A stretch of DNA of 64,000 nt from Octopus vulgaris (Eukaryota), in assembly GCA_951406725.2 (NCBI GenBank), contig OX597832.1:31992001-32056000 (forward strand), read 5' to 3'. A program made the translations under genes and the position numbers. A model generated the notes under the pieces. It did no database searches. It was given only the letters and a program-made list of their open reading frames with translations, and had not been told where the DNA came from. Shown one piece after another: positions 26,820 through 41,740 of this stretch (position 1 is the stretch's first letter; each line of letters opens with the position of its first letter).

Positions 26820-27600
26820 TGCGCTACACTATACAACTTGGAGTTATATCATTTCTACACTGTTTCCGTGGAAATATATTACCCCTTCTCTATCAACTGC
26901 AGTTCTTTAATGTCTACGATAAAGCATAGAATTATATTGTCACTACACTCTGTCGATCTAAATTATTGCCTCTGCGCTATAACTTACAATATGCAAATTG
27001 AGGTTATACTACTTTTATATAACGTAGATTTACATTATCTGTTTAATACAGCGTAGACTTATGTCGTCTCTACTTTGTATGATGGCAATAGACTTCCTCT
27101 GCTCTATAACGTGGATTACATAAACTGGACTTTTGTTTTTGCAATATAACGGAAGATTCCTATTATAACTACGAAAGAGTGTGCTGATATATTGTCGCTA
27201 ATCTGTATTAAGAATTGTTTCAAGAGTAAAACGTTCTTTCGAAACAATGATGCTTTATTTCGGCAATATAGCGTAGAAATATATTACACCTACGCTATAA
27301 CAAAGTGATTATATTAATTCCATATGATAATAGGAGGCATGATGTAAAAATAACTAGGTTGTGTCTATAACGTAACATTTATTGTTACCACCTCATCACT
27401 CTAAAAATATAATTGCTAGTCTCTGATTTTGAGTAATGTTTATTAGTCTACACTTTCAACTGGAAAAATATTATATTTACGCAATTCAAGGATTGTTATT
27501 ACAACGCTATTATATTGTATATAACTTTTGGTAGCGTAGGAACATAGCATTTCTATGTCTTTCGATGGGAATTGATTCCGCATTGGTAAATAGTTACATA
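26820..27600. repeat. Highly degenerate ~30 bp minisatellite
   Basis: Recurring ctacgctataacgtagaa(t)tatatt-like words such as ctataacgtgga, tataacgtaga, atatagcgtaga and ctacgctataac. Confidence 0.5.
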
Positions 27601-27659
27601 ATCTGTCAGAACATTGTTGCGTGGTACTATGTGTTTATAACGAAGAAATGTACTGTCGC

Positions 27660-28330
27660 TACACTGTCGATGATCGTGTGATGTGCAGGAATCGATAATA
27701 TCCTTCGAGAATACGGCAGCAAATGTCAGTCTGTACTTTGATTCATATAAACCTGAATACATGGCCGCCAATGAAGATAGAAGCCATCTTTATATTTATT
27801 CAAACGATGGCACACGAAACCAGAAGGTCAGTGATTTCAAGTATTTTGGATGCTTTATTATCTGACAGTAAGAAGGACTTCCTAACATGCACGGAGCTTA
27901 GAAAGACCAAGCAACCAGGTATTTCAAAATCAATATTATTGACCGTCATCAGAGCATGAGCAGGGTGAAATCTTTTTGAGAACCGAAAGCTGCACTATAA
28001 AGGAACCTCAAATTTACCCTCAGGTTACAGAATCCAAGCTTCACATGATAGCTCCAAACATTTCCAGAATGAATCAGGAATCAGGACATTTATGCACTCA
28101 TTCTAATCCTCTCTATTTGTTATTGCACAAAAGAGGGAGGCTGTTCTGGCTGTTATTATTATGCTGAACGCTAGGCATTGTCGGAGGCTGTATTCTGGAA
28201 AGTTCCGCATCCTATCGAGGAGCAATTAAACAACATTGAACTTATGAGCAGCGACAGAAGACAAGAAACTAAATGCCTGTCAATGTTAATGGTGGGTGGG
28301 TGGGGAGATGTGCAGACATCCCTGGTGCAG
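27660..28330 (+). mobile_element. Decayed RTE-clade LINE, RT C-terminal region
   Basis: QESIISFENTAANVSLYFDSYKPEYM...DG...KVSDFKYFGCFI..SKKDF matches the pattern VE..A..VGL..N..KTE.M...V.DFKYLGS.I. Later LSEAVFWKVP. Confidence 0.7.
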
Positions 28331-28485
28331 CGTTATGAGTCGTTTCTCGCTTGCAGTCGCTTCAAGAACATATACATTACCCATAAAATATAACTGGGAA
28401 ACATATTTTGGTTTCTTTAATAATATATTGCCTAGTCAAAGCGCACGCGCACACACACACTCACACTCACACTCACACACACACA

Positions 28486-28554
<69 letters not shown>

Positions 28555-29333
28555 ACACAAAAGATAATATGCACACATGTATTTCAGAAGCAAAACATTA
28601 TTTATACATGGCCACTGTGTCGCTAAGTAAATTACAGTGAAAGAATCTCGTTTCTGATTTGGAAGCAGACTTTTCTGCGTATATTGGTGAAACATTTCTA
28701 AATTTAAGCCATAGATACATATACATATATACATAGATGGATGCATCCATATATAAGTTTATACGTGTTCATGTGTCGGATATGTGTGTGTGTTTGCCTG
28801 TGTGTAATCTTCTCATAAGAAACTGTGTGAAAACTGTTCCGATAACAGTGAGAAAATGTCCAAATTAGTGCCATAAATTGCGTAATGAGCCATTCCGTAT
28901 TCAAGACCAGTATTGTTTTTGGCCATAAATTCTAACTCAGGATATCTTATCGTATTCAATTTTGCAATCTCTGCCACTCTATTTTCAGAATTACAACATA
29001 TATGTTTTAGCTATTGTTTTTGAAATTGCTTTTCGATTTTGTTCATTTTTTTTTTGGTAATTCTTATTATTTCTTATGAATTTTTTAAAAAATTATTTTA
29101 TTTGTGAATTTAATGACTTCTTTAGTTTGCACAACAACATAAAGAAGATGACAGTTTTTGTATTGGGTTACACAGGCCGGTGCATTAATGGTATTAGCGC
29201 AGATTTCATATCGCTTCGCAGCACTGAAGATATACATCTCTCCCACCACATATACAAACACATATCTATATATATACATACATATATGTTTTTGTATATG
29301 TATATATATATATATATATATTTATATATCTGG

Positions 29334-29604
<271 letters not shown>

Positions 29605-29626
29605 GTATATATATATAAATATATAC

Positions 29627-29694
<68 letters not shown>

Positions 29695-29730
29695 GTATAT
29701 ATATCCATATATATATATAGGAATATATGT

Positions 29731-29767
<37 letters not shown>

Positions 29768-30545
29768 CATACATACACATATATGTCTATATATCCATGT
29801 ACATACATATACAAATATGTGCGTGTGTGTATGTTTGGTGTATGTGCGCGCGTGTATGTGTGTATGTGTGTGTTTTGAAGCTACTGGATTTTTGCTGGGT
29901 ATATAATCAGATTGCTGGTGTGTTTCTCTGTGATCATTTAAGCGATGCAGACACCTCTAATGAGACCGATCGCAAATCTATTAAAGTTGTAAGTTTTTTT
30001 CTTTTAATTTTTGTTTCAGGCTACGAATATATATTTCAATTTTTCCACGCTTGCTTTCTTTTTGTAACGTAGGTTTGCGTACACAGAATACCTCTCTCCC
30101 TCTATCTGTCTCTTACACACACACACACACACGCACACAACACACACAAGGAATGTATGTGAGCGCATAGGAGCGACACAATATTAAAATTGCCAACAGT
30201 TCCTAAGCAAGTCATAATCCTGATTAGCTCTGTTCCGAGTTGCCTGCAGGAGCGAAATGTTAGGACGAAGTTGCAGTTAGGAAGAGAAAACTGCAATACA
30301 TTACTGCAAGCACAGAGCAATCATGCGCAATATTAAATGAGGGCGCTTCTTGGCGTTCGCTGAGACCTGATAGAAATTCAACCGCATGCTACCTACTTAA
30401 AAAAAAAAGAAATTATTTAGATGAAAGCATATTCTCTGATATACAAAATGGTAGTTTGATCATAACTGGAAGGCCAGGTTTAATTTGCATTGCCCGGTTC
30501 TGTTTAGATTGTTTGGTGAAGTGTTTAATATCTGGCGGAGTTCGT

Positions 30546-30847
30546 TTTTGTTGTTGTTTGTTCCTTCTCGTGCCACGCCTGGCTAATAAGGGCCGGTTTC
30601 CTGGTTTCCTTGGCGTATAGGTTCCCCAATTGGACGGGACGCCGGTCCGTCGCAGGTGAGCTGCTAGATGCAGGAAGAAAGAGTGAGAGAAAGTTGTGGC
30701 GAAAGAGTCAGCAGAAGTTTGCCATTACCATCTGCCGGAGCCGCGTGGAGCTTAGGTGTTTCGCTCATAAACACACACATCGCCCGGTCTGATATTAGAA
30801 CCCGCGATCCCTCGACCGCGAGTTCGCTGCTCTAACCACTAGGCCAC
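30546..30847 (-). mobile_element. tRNA-derived SINE family A, near full length
   Basis: Reverse complement gtggcctagtggttagagcagcg..; the 3' part cctgcgacggaccggcgtcccgtcca resembles the 3' segment found in V-SINE-type elements. (CAA)n tail. Confidence 0.85.
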
Positions 30848-31193
30848 CGACGAAGTTTGTCCTGTGAGGTGTAAGCGGTCTTGTGTGAAGTTTGTCTATG
30901 CATTGTCTCGTATGGCGAACTGAATAATGTGTTGAGCAGCGCTTATCAAACATGGGCTTGATGCGCATTCCTCAGCGAAATTTCGGAGTCACAGACAGCT
31001 GCTGCAAATAGATAAATATTTCATTCTACGTCTCAGGTTCAGAAGTTTCCTTCAGTTGAGTTTCTTCGTCTCACTCATTAACGGAACATTAATAATAAAA
31101 ATAATAACAAAAATAGTCAGAAAATAATATTCTTAACATATCGAGAAATACCTACTACATATAGATGGGTGAATAAATATAGAGATACGTACA

Positions 31194-31232
<39 letters not shown>

Positions 31233-31300
31233 GTGTGTGTGGGTAGGCATATGTGTGCGTGCATCTATATATCTATATCAATATATTTATATATATTTTA

Positions 31301-31371
<71 letters not shown>

Positions 31372-31375
31372 ATAT

Positions 31376-31406
<31 letters not shown>

Positions 31407-32249
31407 CATATATATTTGTATACACACACCTGCTCCTGTGTATTGTTGTTGGTAGTGGTGGTATTGTTACTTTATTACTATTATTATTATTATTATTTTT
31501 CTTTCTCTACAACTTCTGCGTTTGTCTTGACTATTATACTAAACCTTCTTTCTTTTTTTTTTTCAAAATCCTAATTTTTTTATCTTTCCTATTATACAGT
31601 AAAATGTCGTTATATTTGGAATTATCATGTCTAAGGCTAAAAAAACATAAACAAATCTATTTCTTCTGGAATACTCTGTTATTTAATATAAAGTGTTTCC
31701 ATAAGAAAGGAAACAAAACAAAAAGAACACACACACAAACACAAGGAAACAAGGAAAAAACAATGAGAATATTTCCATTAGAAACTTTATATCCTCCACT
31801 TGTTGTTGATGTTGTTTTTCGCAATATTCTGCTATCAGTGGGAAGAATCTTGTTTACAAGGTTTAGTTTATTTAAAGTAATAACAATAAAAAGTAATGTG
31901 GACGACGATTATTATACACACGCACACACAAACTTACACACACATGCACATGCACACGCACATACGCATACATATATATGCGTATATATATATGTTTATA
32001 TATATATACATATATATATATGTATATGTATATATGTTTATATATATATATACATATATATATATATGTATATATATATATATGTATTATGTATGTATAT
32101 GTCTCTATGTACGAGCAAACAGATACTCATATATGGGCTTATAATATGAATCATGTTTATATTTACATGAACGTATGTATGTGTCTATACGTGTATGTAT
32201 GTATGCATATATGTATGTATGTATGTGTGTATGTATGTATGTATGTATG

Positions 32250-32294
<45 letters not shown>

Positions 32295-32297
32295 CTC

Positions 32298-32330
<33 letters not shown>

Positions 32331-32339
32331 GTATATATA

Positions 32340-33660
32340 ACTGTTAATTTCTTAGACGTAAACCTGGACCTGTGAAGCCAAAACTTCTACCCACATCACA
32401 AACCTGGGGAAAGCCTCCATTACGTGAAATTCTCCTCCAACCACCCCGCCTCCGTCCTAAAGTCTATTGTGCAAAGCGTTTCCTACCGGATCTCCTCACT
32501 GTCTGCTATTAAAGAATTATTCGATCAATATGCTAAATATTACAGTTGTGTCTTACAGCGTACGGGATATAAATACTCACCTGAATTCTTCCCAATCTGG
32601 ATTATTCCTCTCTCCACTAAACCTGGAACAACAACCAGTTCCGTACCTCCATATTATAGGTGTAAAATCTCCCTATCCCACCCTTCCAATACCCGTCCAA
32701 CTATCGGAGAAGCAAACGATCTAACAAACGACGCCCCAACCAGATAACTCCAAGTCCTATATACACCACAACTCACCAAAACAGACACCAGCATACACCT
32801 CCAAAACCCCATCTCCACCCAGGAAACCCCATAAGGCTAAACGAATTAGAATCCGGCAAGTAATCTGGTTCCACCCCTTCGCTCTTACCGTCCAAACTCG
32901 AGTACCCAAACTCTTCTTGTCTCTACTCGATAAATATTTCCGTAAATCCTCTCCCATTCGTAAAATATTTAGAAGTTCACGTAACCTCCTTTCTAAACCA
33001 GAGTTATCCGACATCTTAACAACAAGAAACTCCGAAATCCACAGCCAGCTAAGATTCACCCGAATAAATTAACTCAACATAAGCCCCAGCTCCATACATA
33101 TAAACCCCATACAACAATTCACCCCTTGAACACAACTAACCCTTGTAACTACAACTGTAGTGGCACTGCTAACACCCGATCCTTAAATTTACCACAACGC
33201 CCAAATAAAAATAGAGAACAATACAGAGGATAGCACCGGACACAATAATTATCATACCATACAACCCAACAATACCACCCTCAACTCCTTAACAAAAACT
33301 AATCTTAACACCAGTCAAATGACCTTGCTTAAATTCATCCTTCCTTTCAAGTCCTTATATTTTCTTCTTTCTTCCCTTTTTCTAATACTTATTTCTGACT
33401 ACATTTATATACTCCTCTCATACTCTGCTCTCTACGTCTTCTGCTTAAATCTTCCCTGTGTCAACGTGTACCTCTTTGCGACAATATAACATTTAATCTA
33501 ATCAAGATATTCTGGACCTGAAGAGTAGTCGGCGGTATACACCCCACTTGCATTTTACCACTTCTAAGGCTCCACTCGCTATGAAACATATGTAGCCCGG
33601 ATCTTTCCTATTCCATTCTGTAACACTTGTATGCTTATTCGCGCATCCGACAACCCTTTT
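32340..33660 (+). mobile_element. Penelope-like retroelement remnant (RT thumb/linker plus 3' HHR)
   Basis: VNFLDVNLDL*..FYPHHKP..YVKFSSNHP..LKSIVQSVSYRISSLS..F....YY..L.RTGY and RIRQVIWFHPFALTVQTRVPKLFLSLLDKYF..KIF are characteristic PLE motifs. Stops and frameshifts are present. Confidence 0.85.
33511..33601 (+). ncRNA. Type-I hammerhead with long stem II insertion
   Basis: tctggac-CTGAAGA-gtagtcg...cgctat-GAAA-CATATG-TA-gcccgga. Confidence 0.75.
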
Positions 33661-33689
33661 ACAGCTCATAATTCTTCTATGCGAAAAAT

Positions 33690-33858
33690 CTGCAACCTTC
33701 TGTCTCAATAAGCCACAAGGTCCATGGACAACTTCCAGAGATCCCTGGCCTGGCAGTGCTACCGAGAAGCGCTACCCGTTCGGGATAAGCTCTACAGACA
33801 TGGCTCGAGAAACACGGGGCCGCACGCACACGTGCAGTGTCCAACAATTTCCGACCTA
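33690..33858 (+). mobile_element. Tx1/L1-like LINE ORF2 C-terminal (zf-RVT) fragment
   Basis: MDNFQRSLAWQCYREALPVRDKLYRHG...VQCPTISDL, compared with L.W....ALP...L...G..C..C...H...C. Confidence 0.6.
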
Positions 33859-34135
33859 GCTGATACGATTAATGGAACAGCTTGCTCGTGAAATTAACGT
33901 GCAAGTGACTGAGTACTCCACAGACACGTGCACCCTTCACGTAGTTCTCAGGGAGATTCAGTGTGACTAGGCTGGCTCTTTGAAGTACTGACGCTACTCA
34001 TTTTTGCCAGCTGAGTAGACTGTGCAATGTGAAATAAAATGTCTTGCTCAAGGACATAACACGTCTCTGGGAATTGAACTCATGACCTTACGATCGTGAG
34101 CCGAATGTCCTAACCACTAAGCCACGCGCCTTCAC
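33858..34135 (-). mobile_element. tRNA-derived SINE family B
   Basis: Reverse complement gtgaaggcgcgtggcttagtggttagg..gagttcaattcc..gtccttgagcaagacattttatttcac. A homolog lies at 59808-60095. Confidence 0.8.
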
Positions 34136-35499
34136 AGACATCCCCCCCCACATAAATACATATAAATACACATATGCATATATATATATACACATATATA
34201 TATATTATATACACATACATGCACACACAAACACACGCACACATATTCATGTATGTATGCATATATTCATCTGTCTACATGCACTAACTTATAAGAAATA
34301 TGTTATTTTTTTTGGGCACAACGAAAATGTCCAACACATAATTTTGCGCAGTTTTTTCGTGTTCAGAAATTCTTTAGAACTTTAGATCTTCTTTCCCTTA
34401 CTCAAGAAGTCTACAGTTCTGACCTCTTCCCGTTTTCTTTCCGCAATCTTTGCGTAATCCATTTTGTTAAGTAATTATCCCATAAAAGACCCGACACATA
34501 CAAAAACAAACAAAGAAAATAATTCCTTAATCGAAAATCTTGACCTCGTTTTGAATTTCCTTTTTTTTTTCCTCCTTTTATATTTTCATTTCTGATCGTT
34601 GGTTGCATCGCTGTATTTGATTATCTCAGCTTATGAATGCGAAGTCAACGTGGAGAACGTTCTGAATATGAACGCATTAAGACATCTTTTCTCATTGTGA
34701 ACATATCAACTCATTTTCGAAAACAACATGTCGCCGTCTCTTTCTTTGTCTTTGTAGTGTTACAGCCTAAATTAGGTTTTGCGAATGGTCTAAAATAAGT
34801 CTAATTAATATGATTGTTTTTTTAGCACAATCTCAAATATTATTATTTATTTTATTTTCTACATATCTTCAGTCGTTTCCTTTCTAATATATATATACCA
34901 AAAGAAATATTTCTCTATTGTAGACAAGAAATTATTTTGTTTTCTTATTTACCCTATTTTATCATAACTTGGTTCTGTAGGTACTTTCAGCAGAGCTTAC
35001 TTTGCTAAAACCATTCAGACGAATCTTCTGGTTTAAAGATACCATCTTCTCCCGCTTTTCTCGGAGTTTTTGCAATATATTATGGCCTCTGTTATCACAA
35101 CTGAATAAAAGATATAAAACAACTAATCCCATTTTTCTGTTTCGTTTTATGAATATTCTGTTTCTATATTTCACTCTCATTTTTCAGTTCTCATATTTCG
35201 TTTGTCAAAGTGATGATATTTCAAATTTCAATTTAATAAAATACATTTTGCCAAAAGATAATCAGCTTCGTGATGTATTTATCTAAAAATCTTTCTTTTC
35301 AAGGTTTCACAATCTCTCTTGTAATCACTAATATTTTCAAACACAAAGGTGCAAAGAAACAAATGTGAATCTAATTACGCACATACGAACTCAGGAACGC
35401 ACATTTATGCGTACGAAACACCGAAAATAGAAAGATCACATGTATGTGAGTTTGGCCCTTTCTCACGCATGTAGAGACCTTCATTCTTATCCCTTCCTT

Positions 35500-35645
35500 C
35501 TCTATATATTGTCTCTCAATGCTTTCTGCTGAAGAGCATAGGTTCGAAACATAAAAGAACTTTATTTTTGCCGAGCGTCAAACTATTACATCTAATTGTT
35601 GTTCATACACTCGTCTTCGTTGTTTGTTTTTACATAGATTTCACT
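35500..35645 (+). mobile_element. Decayed GAGC-family HHR element
   Basis: cttt-CTGCTGA-a-gagc/atag/gttc-GAAA-CA-TA-aaag at 35522-35557. Confidence 0.6.
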
Positions 35646-35666
35646 TTTACATATATATATACATAC

Positions 35667-35729
<63 letters not shown>

Positions 35730-36120
35730 CATATATATATATATGCATGTGTATATATGCACATGTATATATATATATGTATATATATATATATGTGCAT
35801 GTGTAGATATGGTATGTGTGTATGTATATATATACCATATATGCCCCACTTTTTGTATATTATGAATATATGCGCTTTTTATGGTATTACCATCCAAAAT
35901 GCAGGCAAGTACCAACACTTCCCTGTCACAATTGTGACAATCTCTTTGCATGTCACTATTAGTAGCCTCGTTAATCCACAATTTATATATATATGTATAT
36001 ATATATATACATATCTGCATGTATTTATATATATGTGTGCATATATATACACATACATACATACATACATATATATATGCATATATATATATGTGTGTAT
36101 ATATATATATATATATACAT

Positions 36121-36193
<73 letters not shown>

Positions 36194-36480
36194 TATATAT
36201 ATATATACATGTGTGCGTGTATGCGTTCGCCAACTACTGAAGAGGATACCGAGCCGTCGCAACGTAATATATTTCTGCTAGCTGAGTGCGCTGGAAAAAA
36301 AGGTGAAATTATGTGTTTAGCTTCAGAATACAAAGCGTCGCTCGGTTCAGGAATCGAAATCTAAATCTTACATACATAAGTGCAAAGCCTCTTTCACTTA
36401 GCGAAGCTAAGCAGCTCCACGTGTATTTGCAGATATATGTGTATATATGAATTATAAACACAGTGATATATACAAATATG

Positions 36481-36519
<39 letters not shown>

Positions 36520-36610
36520 GTATGTATGTATGTATGTATGTATGTATGCATGTATGTATGTATGTATGTATGAATGTATGTATGTATGTATCTATCTATC
36601 TATCTATCTA

Positions 36611-36659
<49 letters not shown>

Positions 36660-36661
<2 letters not shown>

Positions 36662-36800
36662 CAATTGCAGCGTGGAAGGTGTTTATAAGCCATTTAAGAA
36701 ACACACAAAAGCCGTTCGATTCACTGCAACATTTAAGTTTAATTTCTCAAAATATTTTCGTCGCTAAAATCCGCGATCTGTTCACTGACAAAAATCCGTG
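36660..36800 (-). mobile_element. Second copy of the G3-C8 hammerhead element
   Basis: Reverse complement of 36743-36792: tttgtca-GTGAACA-g-atcgc/ggatttta/gcgac-GAAA-ATAT-TT-tgagaaa. The rest is collinear with 15776-15857. Confidence 0.75.
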
Positions 36801-36919
36801 TATATATATATACATACACATATACACATACATACATACATACTTACGTACATACATACATACATGCATACATGCATGCATAAATACATACATACACACA
36901 TATATATGTTCCACTATCG

Positions 36920-38070
36920 CTCCATGACGTCACTCTCTCGTAACCTTTTTTACCGGGGGAGGAGTCTTCTAAATTCTGAGGTGTCTGCTCTTCTTTTCTT
37001 TTTTCCTGTGGGGAAATGAGGTGAGTGGGTTTTGTGTCTGTATGGGAATAGTAGGTCTGCGTGGTCTTGAGTGGGGTACCACATCACACACAGTCTTCTT
37101 TCTTTTTCTCTTCTTCCTTCTATTCTACATTCTTCCTCCTTTTCCTCATTTCCTCCGTCTGTCTTTTCTTCCTCTCTTTTCTCTTCCGTCTCCACAACTG
37201 TTTCCTCTACTATTGTCCTCTGTAGAGGGCAGTACACCCTAATGTGACCATTTTAGCCACATTTAAAACAACGTGGTACTCTACCCTCTACCCACACTCT
37301 CAGCACAATTTCCTCAACGTCACCATCTCTGCCAAACTCTCCAATTTTTCACTCCTCCGTCTGTATAATCAATTCCATTGTCTTCCCTTTCCAACCTCCT
37401 CCCTCCGTCTTTGTGGCTTGAAGGACCGCCAATCTCTCCTCACTTCCAGCAAGGACAGAAGGACAGCCGCCGCCACCCAAGCCACGTCTATATCAGGTGG
37501 GATTGCTTCTATCCTTACCTTGGAAGTCTTTCTTCCAAGGTATGTGGGCAGAAGCACTACTTCCTCTGTTTTCGCCGCCACATTCGCCAGCCTCCTCGAC
37601 TCCTCTACTGGCCTAAATTGAACGACCATCGTCCCATATCACCTTCCTTTGGTTATATACGTCACTTCCTTTGACCACTCCCTTAGCGCCGTTTGCTTTT
37701 CAACTTCCAGCTGCTCGGCCTTTTTCCTTTCAACGAGAACACCTTATAGGTGATCATTTTCTCTCCATCCGTTCCATAATTCCTTTGGGGGCGAGGGGTC
37801 GACAACCTCACGTCACCTCCCACCGTCTGTGCCATCTTCTCATACTCCTCCTAACCAGCCAAATCCAGCTCCCTTCGCTTCATCTCCGAGGCTTCACAAA
37901 ACTTCTTGTCTTCTTCAATACTCTGTCCATCTTTATGACCGTCCTTACCAGCTCCTCCTCTGCTGAAGACAACCCCGACCCGCAAAAGTCCGAGTATCTC
38001 ATCTCTACCTTCAAAGCAGCACAAAAATGTTCGACTCGCACAAAAACGGCAAACCAATTGCACTGTGGGT
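36920..38070 (-). mobile_element. LINE ORF1 (gag-like, probably Tx1/L1 group) pseudogene
   Basis: VVLLPTYLGRKTSKVRIEAIPPDIDVAWVAAAV (RRM-like) and an exact CX2CX4HX4C knuckle CFKCG*NGHIRVYCP at 37226-37270, followed by an E/K-rich tail. In-frame stops are present. Confidence 0.75.
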
Positions 38071-38172
38071 GACGCAAGGTTCTTACCACACAGCCACTCC
38101 TGCGCCTGTCAGTCATATTTTCATTTTTGTGTAACTTAAACAACAGTTTATTGACCGCAACCTGTACGTATG

Positions 38173-38222
<50 letters not shown>

Positions 38223-38399
38223 TGTATACACACGCACACACACACACACACGCACACATACACTCACATATATATATATTAATGGGTTTGTGCGCATGCG
38301 GAAGTGTGTGTATATATATCTCTCTCTATATATATGTATGTATTATAAATATTTCTCTATATATATATGTATGTATTATAAATGTGTGCATACATACTA

Positions 38400-38431
<32 letters not shown>

Positions 38432-39217
38432 AAGCATATATGTAACTATATACATATGCATATATATATATATGTATGTTTATATGTATGTACTTATTTA
38501 TCTATAATCTGTCTATCTATCTACACACACGCACACATATACACACGCACATGGAAATGCGACTATTATCAAATGCGGAGCAGCTCAATTTGCTGTTCCC
38601 CGTTTTATGTGTTCCACCATAGTTACACACACAGCAATTGTTCTATTTCCTTTTACATGTCGTATAAACATTGACGTGTTCTGGAAATAAATCAATTTTA
38701 TTTTATTATTTTTTTTTCCATATAAATGATCAAAAAACAATTATGGCTTTTGTTCTGTTTTATTTAAAATCTTGATAAAAAAAAAAAAGACTCATAGAAT
38801 AAAATTTCCCCAGATAAATTTATTACTGCAATAGTATAGAATATAATGGAACACGGTGGAATGTGTGTCGTATATCTGCAGTGCCCTACATAAGTTAACG
38901 CATTGAAACTTCGGTTTCAGACATTTTATGGTCTATTGAGGAGATGAATGAAGGGCAGCTTCGTGACCTGCACAGATTGTTTGAAAATAGGTGAGAGGAG
39001 AATTTGCTGTAAACACAATTCATGAAGTGCAATTTAGCGAAAGGGCCTCGGTGCATTTCTTGTCATTCCTGTGAAGAGGTTTGGGGTTACTCGAGGTGAG
39101 TGTTATGGCTGGATTGAACTGCCAGCATCACAAATCTGTCTATACACGACAAACCTCAATATTTTAATGGTTCGTTTTAAACTGTTAAACCCAAACTAGG
39201 TAAATCTATAAATAATC

Positions 39218-39610
39218 TTTTCTACTTGAAGCACAAGGCCTAAAATTTAAGGAAAGGGATTAAGTTGGTTACATCGACCCCAGTGCGTAACTGGTACTCA
39301 TTCAATCGACCCCGAAAAGATAAAAGGCAAAGTCGACCTCGGTGGAATTTGAACTCAAATCGTAGCAGCAGGTGAAATACCTATTTCTTTACTACCCACA
39401 AGGGGCTAAACACAGAGAAGACAAACAAAGACAGACTCACGGATTAAGTCGATTACATCGACCCCAGTGCGTAACTGGCACTTTATTTATCAACCTCGAA
39501 ACGATGAAAGGCAAAGTCAACCTTGGCGGAATTTGAACTCAGAATGTAGCGGCAGCCGAAATACCGCTAAGCATTCCGCCCGGTGTGCTAACGTTTCTGC
39601 CAGCTCACCG
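39218..39610 (-). mobile_element. Dimeric family M SINE, complete
   Basis: Same two-monomer layout and same gaaatac|ctatttcttta junction as 22826-23133, with the distal tail ggccttgtgcttcaagtagaaa (reverse complement). Confidence 0.85.
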
Positions 39611-39649
39611 TTTTTAATTCTATATATTGGATATACTGGATTTACAAGA

Positions 39650-39850
39650 AAGGCAGCCAACTGGGCAAAATGCTTTGCCGAATTTCATCAGTCTTTATGT
39701 TCTGAGTTCAAAGTTGTCCGAAATGAGCTTTGGCTTTGGCTTTCATTCTTTCAGAGTTGATAAAATAAGTACCAGTTGTGTGCTGGAGGAATGGAGTCGA
39801 GGTAATCATTATATATATTGTGGACATGACCCCAAATTTGGATCTAATAT
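39650..39850 (+). mobile_element. Decayed family M SINE, head-to-head with the previous copy
   Basis: gttctgagttcaaa..ggctttcattctttcagagttgataaaataagtaccagt. Confidence 0.65.
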
Positions 39851-40047
39851 TTCATAGCTTTGAGATTTGGATGATACGATTCATTATATTTACAATGACA
39901 TTGTAGGGTAGGTGTGAGAAGATGAACATTGATAGTTTGAGCGTAAAACGGGTAAGATTATTTGTGATGGGGTGCAGTTGAAGGGCCAAAGGGTTAAAGT
40001 ACACGCAGTGTCAGGTGACGGTGTTAAACCAGGAGATGACAACACTC

Positions 40048-40232
40048 TAGGCACAGGCATGGCTGTGGGGTAAGAGCCCCCTACCTTTGCTTGACAACCG
40101 GTGTTGGTGGTTTACGTCCTCGTAACTTAGCAGTTGGGCAAATGTTTTCCGCAGAATGAGTACCGGACTTTAAAAAGTCAGTACTGGGCCAATTTATTCC
40201 ACTAAAGGGGGTGCCCACCCCACGCATGTCTG
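40048..40232 (+). mobile_element. Internally deleted family C SINE
   Basis: The head aggcacaggcatggctgtggggtaag is joined to the 3' part cttgacaaccggtgttggtggtttacgtcctcgtaacttagc..gggggtgccc. Confidence 0.65.
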
Positions 40233-41740
40233 CAATGTAATAGCTGATAAAATTAAAAGATAAAAAGAAGCAAGAATGAAATTTGAACTCAGAATGCAAA
40301 GCTCTGGAAGAGATAATGCATAGCGTCGATGTCATATAACTTCCCTCCCCATTCCATTGCTGCAGAACAGTCAAATTTCTATCTTTTCTGAAGAATGAAT
40401 GGCTGAGTTGAACCCGGAGAACAGATAACTGAAATAACTATCGCAAAGTATTGCATTCAACATCTTAATGTTTCTCTACCAATTCGCCGCCTTGTTTATC
40501 TCACACTCCACTCTTTCTCGCGAAGCTCTTAATCAAATACAGTTCAGCTATGATCGTGTCGTCCTAGACATTGTGTAACTAAAACCATATCATCGAAATT
40601 AACCTTCCGTTTTTCAGACAATAATACGAACTTTCAGGCCAACATCTTTGGTTTATTTCTAACTACTTCGACGGCAACTTTCAGGCAATTCTTGTTGCAT
40701 CGTCACCTTTCGTGATTAAGATGTTATTAAAATACTTCTTGCAAGTGCCAGACTCTACAGAATTATTAATTTTCTCATAAGTTTCATTCCGTCAATTATC
40801 CCCCGTTCATTCTTTCTCTATACTGTATTTCCATGGTGAGAATTTATTCAATATTATTTCTTCTTGATCTCTGTAACGCAATTTAATTTCTTTTTAAATT
40901 TCTGCGAAGAACCTAGGAGTGATTCACATATAAATCTGACAATCAATTATGAAAACCACATTCTCAAACGTTAGTTTGATAATGACAATCTCAAGATACT
41001 CACCAATGCGTGTATATGTGTGTGTATGTGAGTGCCAAAGCACAAGTGTGTGCGTGTATGTGTCTGTGTTTGTGTGTATATACAGCAAATAAACGAAGTG
41101 AGAGAGAGAGAGAGAGAGGGGGGGAGAGATAAAGCGTCTATTTATACCCGCTCGAGTCTATATAAGATGGGTATAAAAATGTCACTCTTTGTTTGAAGCA
41201 GTTACCTTCAGTTACTTAGACTTTTTGTAACTAAAATTACGATTTCATATCATTAAAAGGTCTACATCGTTTTCACCAGTTTCCGGGTTTGATCCTACCA
41301 CGTGTCTCATGTTAATTCCTGGGGGAATCTGTCAATTATACCGAATTATACTTGTCTGTTACTGTACTTCATCAAACCCTGGAGGATGAAATCAAAGTTG
41401 AAACTTTTGTTTTGTACAACGAACATTATTTGCATTTCTTGACTATAGTTAAGAAATATAGCTTTAACTGTTCATATATATATATATACGTATCTACGTA
41501 TCTACGTATCTACATATGTATATGTATACAAAGTATATACGTATCTACATATGTATATGTATACAAAGTATATACATACATATCTGCATAGTTACATATA
41601 TACATACATACAGACACACACACATCTATATAGAGTTAGATATATAGAAAGACAGAGACAGAGTCACATAGAATGGACTATGGGGAGCAGGTACACACAC
41701 GAGAATAGAAAGTATCACCGAAGAGGTATATATATATATA

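Noticed and set aside
34315-34450. Possible mariner transposase remnant (HNEN.., PYS..SD.F)
   Set aside because: It requires frameshifts and the motifs are too degraded to support by eye.
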